Assembly (NCBI GenBank): GCA_965277285.1 | Contig: OZ255721.1 | Coordinates: forward strand, 2,016,001 to 2,080,000 | Direction: 5' to 3' | Source of the DNA: Abditibacteriaceae bacterium | GTDB taxonomy: Bacteria > Armatimonadota > Abditibacteriia > Abditibacteriales > Abditibacteriaceae | DNA: 64,000 nt | Part shown: positions 28,796 through 37,035 of the stretch, piece after piece | Layout of the letters: each line of letters starts with the position of its first letter | How positions within the stretch are numbered: the stretch's first letter is position 1 | The notes under the pieces: model-generated | Databases searched by the model: none | What the model was told of the DNA's origin: nothing | Seen by the model: only the letters and a program-made list of their open reading frames with translations | Program-made: the position numbers and the translations under genes

Positions 28796-31342
28796 TTGTC
28801 CGGTTTGATGTGTGGTCGTTGCGGACAACGCACGGCGCCCGATTCCTCATATTGCCCGCGTTGTCGCTGGGCGCTGGTCGGCACGCGCGCGTCGCTTTTC
28901 GCCGTGACGCAACTGGCCGATCAAAACGTCGCTGGTCAGACGCTGGACGTGGTCGGCAATGCTTTGCCGCCAGTCGAAAGTTCGGTAGCGATGCCGGAAA
29001 TTCCTTCGGGCGCCAGCGGCATGGTGGCGCGACGACGCGTCGATAAACAACGCTCCAATCTGGAGCGCGATATTCAAGCGATTGTTGAACCACGCATCGC
29101 TCAACTGGAAAAAACGCTGGAAGAAAAACCTGGCGATGCCACAACGCTGAGCGCGCTGGGCGTCATCAACCTGCTGCAAAACCACTTCGAGCGCGCTGTC
29201 GCCTACTTGCAACGCGCGCACGAACTCGCTCCAGGAGATTTGGAGACGACCATCAATCTGGGCATTGCGTTATCGCAACGCGGTCAAGTGCAGCCCGCTC
29301 TGACGCTTTTCAACGCCTTGCACGATCAGCATCCCGACGACCCCTCGATTCTTTTCAATCTGGCGCTGGTCGCTTTGCAGGCGCGTCGTGCGCCCGCCGT
29401 CCTCGAAGCCGCCAACGCGCTGGAAGAACTTTGGAAAAAGACGCCGTCGCTCTCGCCGGTTTATCACGACGACACGCTGACGGCGCGCGGTCTGGCTTTG
29501 TTGATGATGGACAAGCCGGAAGAAGCGCGCAAAACCCTGCAAGAAGCGGCGCGCCAGGGTCGTCATTCAAACCAGAATCCGGCAACCAATGGCGCATCGA
29601 GTACTGGAAATGCCGCTTCCAATTTGGCCAGCGATGAAGAAATGAAGGCTGCCGATTTCCAGGTCGAAGGAAAAAACGCCGAAGAAGAAGATGTCCTTAT
29701 GCTGGAAGGCGGTCAAAGCGCCGATTTCTTGAATAACTTAGCGTTGGCGGAAGTGGGCGTTGGCGCTTATGACAAAGCGCAATCGCACCTGAGCGCGGCG
29801 GTTCGCATCGAGCCTGGCAATGCGCGCGTCGATAGCAACCTGGGCGTTTTGGCATATCAGCGCGGCGAAGTCGGTTTCGCTTACAAAATGCTCGATCTGG
29901 CGCGTCAAATCGAGCAGCAGGCCTCGCAAACCGAAGCCTCGACGCACAACCATTTGGGCGTTGTGCTTTCGACAATGGGACGCACCGACGACGCTTGGCG
30001 TGAATTTGGCCTCGCCAGCGGTCACGAACGCGCCGACTTTGAAGTGTGGTACAACCTGGGGCGCGCCTACATCGAAAGCGGCAAGCCCGATCGCGCCATG
30101 AGCTTTTTGCGCCGCGCCTTTGCCGTCGAACCGCAAAATCCCGACTTGCATGCGACGCTTGGCACCGGTTATTTGCTGCGTGGAAACTTGCAAAACAGTT
30201 TGCTCGACGATGCCTTGAAGCACTTCAAGCGCGCTTTGCAAATTGATGGCAATCACTTCCCTTCGCTGCTTGGCTTGGCCATGACGTGCGCGCAAATGAA
30301 CAATGCACAAGGCGCGTTGGTCGTGCTGCATCAAACGCAAAAATTATATCCGCGTCGCATCGAAGTCTTGTTTCTGCGCGCTCTTTTCACTTTGACGCTG
30401 GAAAGCGATACCGAACGCGTGCCGCGCGCAGGAATGCAGTTCAATATGGTTTTTGCAGCTCAACCGGAATTATTGGCCGCCGATTATAATGCCGCGATTT
30501 GCCAATATATGATGGGAATGCAGGAAACGGCGATGCGGATGTTGGAAAAAGTTGTGCAACGCGATCCTTCTTTCGTTCCGGCCTATTACCTTATCGGCGT
30601 CGGTCATGCTATCGCCAAACATTACGATCAAGCGCTGACAGCTTGGAAAATTGCGTCGGTGCAAGATCCGGAAAACGTCGATGTTCACGCTGGTTTGGGG
30701 TTCGCTTATTACCAATTGGGCGATTGGGCCAATTCTTACAACGCGTTCGAGCGTGCCAGCCGCCTTTTGCCCTTGGATGCAGAAATCGCCGCGTGCTTAG
30801 GTTTAGCTTACGGTCGCGCGGGTGGCGAGTTGCGTAAGATGCGCTTGGCACGCGCCGAAAAACACGTCCTTATCAAAACACCTGGCGCTCAAGAACGCGA
30901 CGCGCAAGATTTGCGAACACAAACCGATTTGCTGAACCGTTCCATTGAGGCATTCAGTCGCAGCCTGCAATTGAAGCCTGGCAACGCCGTCACGCACTCG
31001 AACCTGGGTTTGTCCTACTTTTTTCAAAACAAAGTTGAAAACGCGGTCGAGCAATGGCGCATCGTTTCGCGCATCGACGCGCGTTACGCGATGGAGCGCG
31101 AAGAAGACCAGCAGACCAACTTCGACGATTCTCAGATGGCTTTGCGACCTTTGCGTTGGCGCGACATGATCGTCGGCATGATGCCGATTTTGCCGCCGCC
31201 GCACACGCGCCTCGTCCCTGGCTACAACGAACGCGCCTTTCGTCTGGCACTGTCCGACCCAGCTTTTCAACGCTTGCACACCTTGCACCGTCAACTCGAA
31301 CACACCACGCGCCTGCAATCGTGGATGAACGCCAAACACTGA
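28796..31342 (+). CDS. Large TPR-repeat protein with N-terminal zinc ribbon
   Basis: CGRC..CPRC at the N-terminus; many NLG/LG..A..P TPR units. Confidence 0.85.
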   Translation: MSGLMCGRCGQRTAPDSSYCPRCRWALVGTRASLFAVTQLADQNVAGQTLDVVGNALPPVESSVAMPEIPSGASGMVARRRVDKQRSNLERDIQAIVEPRIAQLEKTLEEKPGDATTLSALGVINLLQNHFERAVAYLQRAHELAPGDLETTINLGIALSQRGQVQPALTLFNALHDQHPDDPSILFNLALVALQARRAPAVLEAANALEELWKKTPSLSPVYHDDTLTARGLALLMMDKPEEARKTLQEAARQGRHSNQNPATNGASSTGNAASNLASDEEMKAADFQVEGKNAEEEDVLMLEGGQSADFLNNLALAEVGVGAYDKAQSHLSAAVRIEPGNARVDSNLGVLAYQRGEVGFAYKMLDLARQIEQQASQTEASTHNHLGVVLSTMGRTDDAWREFGLASGHERADFEVWYNLGRAYIESGKPDRAMSFLRRAFAVEPQNPDLHATLGTGYLLRGNLQNSLLDDALKHFKRALQIDGNHFPSLLGLAMTCAQMNNAQGALVVLHQTQKLYPRRIEVLFLRALFTLTLESDTERVPRAGMQFNMVFAAQPELLAADYNAAICQYMMGMQETAMRMLEKVVQRDPSFVPAYYLIGVGHAIAKHYDQALTAWKIASVQDPENVDVHAGLGFAYYQLGDWANSYNAFERASRLLPLDAEIAACLGLAYGRAGGELRKMRLARAEKHVLIKTPGAQERDAQDLRTQTDLLNRSIEAFSRSLQLKPGNAVTHSNLGLSYFFQNKVENAVEQWRIVSRIDARYAMEREEDQQTNFDDSQMALRPLRWRDMIVGMMPILPPPHTRLVPGYNERAFRLALSDPAFQRLHTLHRQLEHTTRLQSWMNAKH

Positions 31343-31385
31343 TTTTTGTAGACTGCCCCAAAAACTACAACCTTCCTCATTCTGA

Positions 31386-32242
31386 GAGGGTGTATAGGAA
31401 TCACGCAAGCCTTCGGAGCATAAGCCGGATCATGGCGAGATAAATCCAGGTTTCACTTGATTTGACATTTTGCTCATAGTCTTTTGAAAGCCTTCGACAT
31501 CTTCCCAACCATGCAAAAGTTCTTTCGACAACCCAGCGACGCGGCAACGGCACGTAGCCTTTGTTTTCATATTGACGGTTCACCAGGGCATTGCGGCTTA
31601 TCACTCGGAGCGCAACGCCACAGTTTTCTCGCACCCAAGCCGCGAACTTGTGTCCCCAGTAGCCTGCATCCGCCCAAATCAACTGCAAACGTTGTGAAGG
31701 AAAGCGCCACAGGGCTTTGTCTTGCAAAAGTAATTTGGCTCCGTCACGCTCTTGAACGTTGGCAGCATGAACACACACTTGCAACAACAAGCCGTTGGTA
31801 TCCACCAGAATATGACGCTTGCGCCCTTTTATTTTCTTGGCTGCATCAAAGCCTTTTGGCCCCCTTTTTCTGTGGTTTTGACGCTCTGGCTGTCCAGAAT
31901 CGCTGCGCTGGGCGCCTCATCCCGTCCATCGGCCTGGCGCACTTGAGAACGCAACGAACTGTGGATACCTTCGAGAGTGCCGTTGTCACGCCAGCGCCGG
32001 AAGTGATACCAAACCACAGTGTAAGGCGGAAAATCGTGAGGCAAAGCACGCCACGAGCAGCCGTTGGTCAACTGATACAACAAAGCGTTGACGATCTCGC
32101 GTTGGGCGTAAAGCCTGCGCGTACCGCGCGCACGCTGTGGCTCGATCAAAGGGCGCAGCACTTGCCATTGTGCCTCGCTCAAATCACTGGGATAGCTCTG
32201 GCGTTTCATAAATGTAAGTCTAACCCTTTCCTATACACCCTC
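31386..32242 (-). mobile_element. IS5-family insertion sequence (857 bp)
   Basis: Perfect 15 bp TIRs GAGGGTGTATAGGAA (31386-31400) and TTCCTATACACCCTC (32228-32242); flanks TGA and TTA. Confidence 0.92.
31401..32209 (-). CDS. IS5-family transposase in two frames (-1 shift at AAAAAGGGGG, about 31860-31869)
   Basis: orf[29 protein letters not shown]. The -1 frame continues [42 protein letters not shown]. Confidence 0.88.
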
Positions 32243-32481
32243 TTAGAATGACAAACTTCCATTTTCAAGCGTTTTTGGGACTTTGTTTACAACCTCTCAG
32301 AATGACAAAGCTCCACGACCTTCGCCTTGTTTCCTACTTTGCAAACGGCTTGTCAGTGCGCGGCACGGCAACGCTTATTTCAACACAATGACGTTTTTAG
32401 AAACGCGCCCCGCGCTTGGTAGAAGCAAAGTTTACGCAAAGATTGAGCAAAGTTTTGTCAAGTGGATGTGGATGGAGCGAT

Positions 32482-34656
32482 TTACTCCGTTGCCGGAACA
32501 ACCACAGACAAGTCTTCCGGCGGCAAAGTCAGGCGCACACGCATTCCCCGACCCGTTTGGCTCTCGACCGACAATGTGCCGCCGACAATCGCCATCATTG
32601 TGCTGTGCAATGTCAAGCCGCGCCCGCTGCCGCCGTTCGACTTTTCAGTGTCTTTCGAGTACTCGATGGCGCTTGTTCCCACACCATCGTCTTCGATTTC
32701 GATGTGCAATGATTCGTCTTCGGTCGCACGCAGTGTCAGTTGCAAAAGGCGCGTCGGGTCATCGCCTCTTCCATAACGCGCGGCGTTGCGAATCGCTTCG
32801 CGGCAGGCGAAAAACAAGACTTCGCCAGTCAAGGGATGCAGTGATTGGAAACGTTTTTCAACGTCGTCTTCGACATCCCAAGTCACGCCGTCGAAAGCGC
32901 CTTTCCATTCGGTTTCGAGTACTCGATGCAGCGAACCCAAGACGCCCAGACGCGCGATTTCGGGCGTCGTGTGCGTCGGCATTTCGCGCAGCAAATCGGA
33001 AATCTGGCGATGCACGTCGCTCAATTGCGTCAAGACTTCGGCGTTGCCCGAAGCCGACAACGTTAAAATCGCGGCATGAACGCGCGGCAGAATTTCGTCG
33101 TGCAAAGCGCGCCGCGCCTGACGGTCGAGCAACTGATTTTCCGCCAAACGCTGTCGCTGCAAACTCATCAAGCGTTGCGAAAGAGCGCGTCCGGCGCGCG
33201 CATCAATCGAACGTTCGCCAGCAGCGCGCGCGACCTCGATTTCTTCCTGCGTATAAAGCCCGCCATCTTCCTTCTCGCCCAGCAACAATGCGCCGATTAA
33301 GCCGCGCTCGCCCCACAACGGCACCGCCCAAATCGCGCCGTGATAAATCGTCGCGTCCAAAGGCACGCAACGCGTTTGCGGCGAAAAACTCATTGCCAAA
33401 CTTTGCACGTTTGGCACGCTCAAGCTTGGCGGAAACGTTTCGGCGGCAACCAGCGGCGCCAGCGATCCCAAAGGCTGCAAAAACGCCCGTCGCGCATGAA
33501 GCACGTCGCGGCACAGCGTCGCAAACGAATCGTGCGCCGCGTTTTCTTGCGTTGAATTTTCGCCACTATTTTCACGGTGCCGCGACAGCAAATCGTCGTA
33601 AAAATGCTGGCTTCCCGCGACCGCGCGCAAGTTCGACGTGTGTTGTTCCTGTTCGGCGTAAGAGCGCCAGGCGAAGAACGCCAGAAATGCGCTCATCAAA
33701 ATCGTGGTCAGCATCAAAGGATAAATCGGGCGCAATTCAAAACCCTGACTGAGTCCGACCAGCGCGCTATAAACCGCCGCCACGATGACGATGACGCGCC
33801 ATTGTCGCACAAAACCACGTCGCGGCAAGGTTTTTTCGGTCAAAATCCCATACGACACAATCGCTTTTCCCAGCAAAATCACCGCTAAAGCGATCAAAGC
33901 ACAAACCAGAAGCTCGAGCGCGCTGCCCCACAATTCGATGCGACCGGCAATCGCGTCGGGAACACGTCCCCACAACGACGCGTAAACCATGCCGAGAATG
34001 GCCAGCCCAACGAGCAAGCTCAATCCCAACTGCACCAACGTCGAAGCGATCAGATAGGGACGCGCGCGTTGTCGCGCCACATCGCGTAAAGCTCGTCCCG
34101 AAACGTTGGGGCGCCGCAACACATCGAGCGCCAGGCCGATGCACATCAACAAGTAAACGGGATAAAGCACCAACAAATACGGCCAGCCGCGCAATGACAA
34201 GGCGTCGTGCGACGGCACATTAGCCATCTGCGCGAGTACTCGAAACGGGTTGGCGAGCGCGACGACGATGAAGAGAACGGTCAACAATGTCGAGACTAAG
34301 AGCAGACACGGGCGATGACGGCGTCGCAAAGTCGAGGTTTTTTCGTCCCAGAAACCGGCGTACCACAGCATTAAAAGGTACCAGGCGCAGGGCAAAACGA
34401 GGATCGCGCTCCATCCGCCATACCACCAGACGCGCACGCCAAAAACCAGGGCGCGCAGGCTGTAATCGAGCATGACAGAATGCGCCGCGAAAAAAGCACC
34501 GCCCGCCAGCAACCCAAATCCCGCCACCCAGACGCCGATGTGTCGCCGCTCGGCGTTCAACAACACGGTCAGGCCGAGCCACAACAAAATGACGGTGTTG
34601 AACAGCGAAACTGAAAGCAGCGCCCAGAAAAGCGAAAAATCGAGCCACGGAGCCAT
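32482..34656 (-). CDS. Multi-TM sensor histidine kinase (GAF-like region, HisKA_3-type H box, HATPase_c)
   Basis: About 10 TMs, RRALHDEILP, EAIRNAARY, IEDDGVG, GRGL, GGTLSVES. Confidence 0.85.
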   Translation of the reverse strand: MAPWLDFSLFWALLSVSLFNTVILLWLGLTVLLNAERRHIGVWVAGFGLLAGGAFFAAHSVMLDYSLRALVFGVRVWWYGGWSAILVLPCAWYLLMLWYAGFWDEKTSTLRRRHRPCLLLVSTLLTVLFIVVALANPFRVLAQMANVPSHDALSLRGWPYLLVLYPVYLLMCIGLALDVLRRPNVSGRALRDVARQRARPYLIASTLVQLGLSLLVGLAILGMVYASLWGRVPDAIAGRIELWGSALELLVCALIALAVILLGKAIVSYGILTEKTLPRRGFVRQWRVIVIVAAVYSALVGLSQGFELRPIYPLMLTTILMSAFLAFFAWRSYAEQEQHTSNLRAVAGSQHFYDDLLSRHRENSGENSTQENAAHDSFATLCRDVLHARRAFLQPLGSLAPLVAAETFPPSLSVPNVQSLAMSFSPQTRCVPLDATIYHGAIWAVPLWGERGLIGALLLGEKEDGGLYTQEEIEVARAAGERSIDARAGRALSQRLMSLQRQRLAENQLLDRQARRALHDEILPRVHAAILTLSASGNAEVLTQLSDVHRQISDLLREMPTHTTPEIARLGVLGSLHRVLETEWKGAFDGVTWDVEDDVEKRFQSLHPLTGEVLFFACREAIRNAARYGRGDDPTRLLQLTLRATEDESLHIEIEDDGVGTSAIEYSKDTEKSNGGSGRGLTLHSTMMAIVGGTLSVESQTGRGMRVRLTLPPEDLSVVVPATE

Positions 34657-34685
34657 ATCGAGTACTGGAAATTGAAGAATGCGAT

Positions 34686-34756
34686 GTAGGGACGCAGATT
34701 TCTGCGTCCGTTGATTCAAACTTGCACACAACGGACGCAGAAATCTGCGTCCCTAC
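34686..34756. repeat. GTAG-type REP inverted pair
   Basis: GTAGGGACGCAGATTTCTGCGTCC ... GGACGCAGAAATCTGCGTCCCTAC. Confidence 0.85.
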
Positions 34757-34765
34757 GCCTGCACC

Positions 34766-35512
34766 TCAACTTTCTTCCAATTGTCGCCAGCGCATGATCG
34801 TCATCGGTTCGTGAAACCAGGCGATGCGCGACGGCAAATGTATTTGAACCACCGCGTTGCCGTTGAGCAAATTGGGGTCGGCTTCGATCCAGGTTTGGTC
34901 GCCGATATAAGCCAGAACATGAGCGCCGCTCGCAGTCACTACGATGTCACCTGCCTGGATTTGCGCGTAATTCAATTCGCTCAAAGAATGCGTGGGAAAC
35001 ATCAAGCGCGTTTGTCCGCGATATTCGTGTTGCAGCGCCTGCGCCGAACAATCGTGCCACCACAACGAAGCGCCCACGCGCAGCAACGCCGGATTGAACG
35101 TCGTCAGGCCACGATGAAAATCCGCGTCGATCAGACCGCAGCGCATCAAGCCCGAACAATCGATGCCACGATGCGTTTCGCCGCCCCAAACGTAAGGCGT
35201 TCCCGTGTAAGCCATCAACGAACGCACATATTCGTGTCGTAATGCTTGGGCATCGTCGCGGCGCCCGGGCAAAATTGCGATTGCCAAAACGAAAACCGAA
35301 AGCGCCAAACATCCGAACCGCACGGGTTTCTTTTTCCAGAACAACGCCAGCGCGCCGCTCCACAACAGGAAAACGCTCAAGATCAAACCTGCGCGAGTCG
35401 TCGCATCTCGAATCGGATAACCATGCAGCGCCAGCAAAAGCGGCCACAACATCAGCCACAAAACGAAAGCAAGCGGGCGCAAGTTGATGGGACGTTTGGA
35501 GAAGAGGTTCAT
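34766..35512 (-). CDS. Membrane-anchored NlpC/P60 family protein
   Basis: Three N-terminal TMs; GTPYVWGG..GIDCSGL, GDIV..HV..YIG. Confidence 0.85.
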   Translation of the reverse strand: MNLFSKRPINLRPLAFVLWLMLWPLLLALHGYPIRDATTRAGLILSVFLLWSGALALFWKKKPVRFGCLALSVFVLAIAILPGRRDDAQALRHEYVRSLMAYTGTPYVWGGETHRGIDCSGLMRCGLIDADFHRGLTTFNPALLRVGASLWWHDCSAQALQHEYRGQTRLMFPTHSLSELNYAQIQAGDIVVTASGAHVLAYIGDQTWIEADPNLLNGNAVVQIHLPSRIAWFHEPMTIMRWRQLEES

Positions 35513-35528
35513 AAGGTTTTCACATCGC

Positions 35529-35882
35529 TTACCAGTGACACGAACCACCGTTCAACGTTGAATCGCACGTTAATGAATCTTGCGTCCACGGATAGTAGCC
35601 TCTTAAATGCAAAACGTAATGACAACTTTTGTCGTCGCTCTTCACAATTTCTAAACTCCGAAAGTAATTTCGATGAAACTCCGAAGTTACGCCATTTAAA
35701 CTCGTCGGCCATTTGCCAGATAGTTTTCTTTGCACAGGCATATAGTGGCGCGCTACGTAAACTCCATAAGCATTCTTATGATTGCCATGACTGGGCACAT
35801 CCACCAAGAAATAAACGCAAGCCAGGAACAACAACATACACAGATATGGGCGCAAGCGCATCAAAAATGGAGATTTGCGCAT
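35529..35882 (-). CDS. Hypothetical single-TM protein (AT-rich)
   Basis: ATG preceded by a GAGGAG RBS; N-terminal hydrophobic helix. Confidence 0.55.
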   Translation of the reverse strand: MRKSPFLMRLRPYLCMLLFLACVYFLVDVPSHGNHKNAYGVYVARHYMPVQRKLSGKWPTSLNGVTSEFHRNYFRSLEIVKSDDKSCHYVLHLRGYYPWTQDSLTCDSTLNGGSCHW

Positions 35883-35970
35883 AGTCTCAACTCCTCAAAA
35901 TTATGCTAATGGCTGAAGAGTAACACAGAACGAGAGATTTTCGACGTTCAAGCACTATCGAGTACTCGAT

Positions 35971-36159
35971 TTACTTACGCTTAACGATAAAGATAATGTT
36001 CCAGACTACAAGGAATACTACGATAATCACAGAAAACATAAGGAATAATACGTTCCCCAGATGGCGCTTTCCCAGATAATCCATGAGCAGGGGCAATAAC
36101 ATCAGAGACACAAACAATGTAGAACAGCCACATCCTACCCCACAATCTATAAGTCTCAT
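35971..36159 (-). CDS. Small hypothetical two-TM protein (AT-rich)
   Basis: ATG preceded by AGAGGA; CGVGCGC motif and two hydrophobic helices. Confidence 0.5.
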   Translation of the reverse strand: MRLIDCGVGCGCSTLFVSLMLLPLLMDYLGKRHLGNVLFLMFSVIIVVFLVVWNIIFIVKRK

Positions 36160-36219
36160 TCCTCTGCACCTTTATTCAATGGTTGATTGCTGAAACTTCA
36201 TCACATTGAGTACTCGATC

Positions 36220-36951
36220 TTATTCCCAAACACTCCATTTGCCGTTTTCGTTTTGGATGCGCGCAGTGCCGTCTTCGTCCCATTCGATAAAACGTCCCAA
36301 ATGCAAAATCAGCGCGGCGCGTGTGCGCGCAACTTTCTCGTCAGTATTGGTGTCGTTCAAGCCCCACGAGGCGTAAATCTGGCCGTTGACGCGGCTGATG
36401 GTGCGCTTATCACGAAAACCCATGCGACTGGCGATTTGCTCGTTGGTCAGGCCGCGCGCCAAGAGTTTGGCGACAGCTTGCTCGTTAGGTTCCAAAAGCG
36501 CCAATGGCGATTGTTCGTCTTTGTGGCGGACTTGCTGCACGCGCGATTCGATGTCAGGGTCGATGAAACTGCGTCCCGCGACGGCATCGTGCAACAGCGG
36601 CACGATCATTTGCGGCAGCAGATAATTCGACTTGCGCACATACGCGTAATGGCTGAGGATGCCAGAACCGCGAAAATCTCGATACGGCGCGTCGTCGTCT
36701 TGAATCGAATAAAACACGACCGGCATTCGTGGAAACTCGCGGCGAATCGCAATCGCGGCTTCGATGCCGTTCATGCGGCCTTCGAGTTGAACATCCATTA
36801 AAATCGCGTCCGGCTTTTGCGCCAGGCACAAGGACAAAGCGTCTTCGCCGCGACTGCAATCGGCGATGATTTCGACGTGTCCCGTCGCCTGCAATCCGGC
36901 TTTCAAAGCGGGACGCAATTTCGGGTTGTCTTCCACCAGCAAAAGTTTCAT
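36220..36951 (-). CDS. NarL/LuxR-type response regulator
   Basis: LLVEDN, PDAILMDVQL (receiver domain); LEPNEQAVAKLLARGLTNEQIA (HTH). Confidence 0.9.
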   Translation of the reverse strand: MKLLLVEDNPKLRPALKAGLQATGHVEIIADCSRGEDALSLCLAQKPDAILMDVQLEGRMNGIEAAIAIRREFPRMPVVFYSIQDDDAPYRDFRGSGILSHYAYVRKSNYLLPQMIVPLLHDAVAGRSFIDPDIESRVQQVRHKDEQSPLALLEPNEQAVAKLLARGLTNEQIASRMGFRDKRTISRVNGQIYASWGLNDTNTDEKVARTRAALILHLGRFIEWDEDGTARIQNENGKWSVWE

Positions 36952-37035
36952 GGCGCTTCTCCACTCTTTATCTTTCACCTTGCGCAGCGATGACGCAAGC
37001 ACTCAAGTGCAACCTTTCGAGTACTCGAATTGGTG

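Noticed and set aside
32283..33752. 489 aa plus-strand ORF and other long antisense or alternate-frame ORFs (2695-3327, 4860-5870, 26323-27471, 39026-40201, 47049-47963, 58165-59094)
   Set aside because: Arg/Ala-rich shadows of well-supported genes, typical of GC-rich codon bias.
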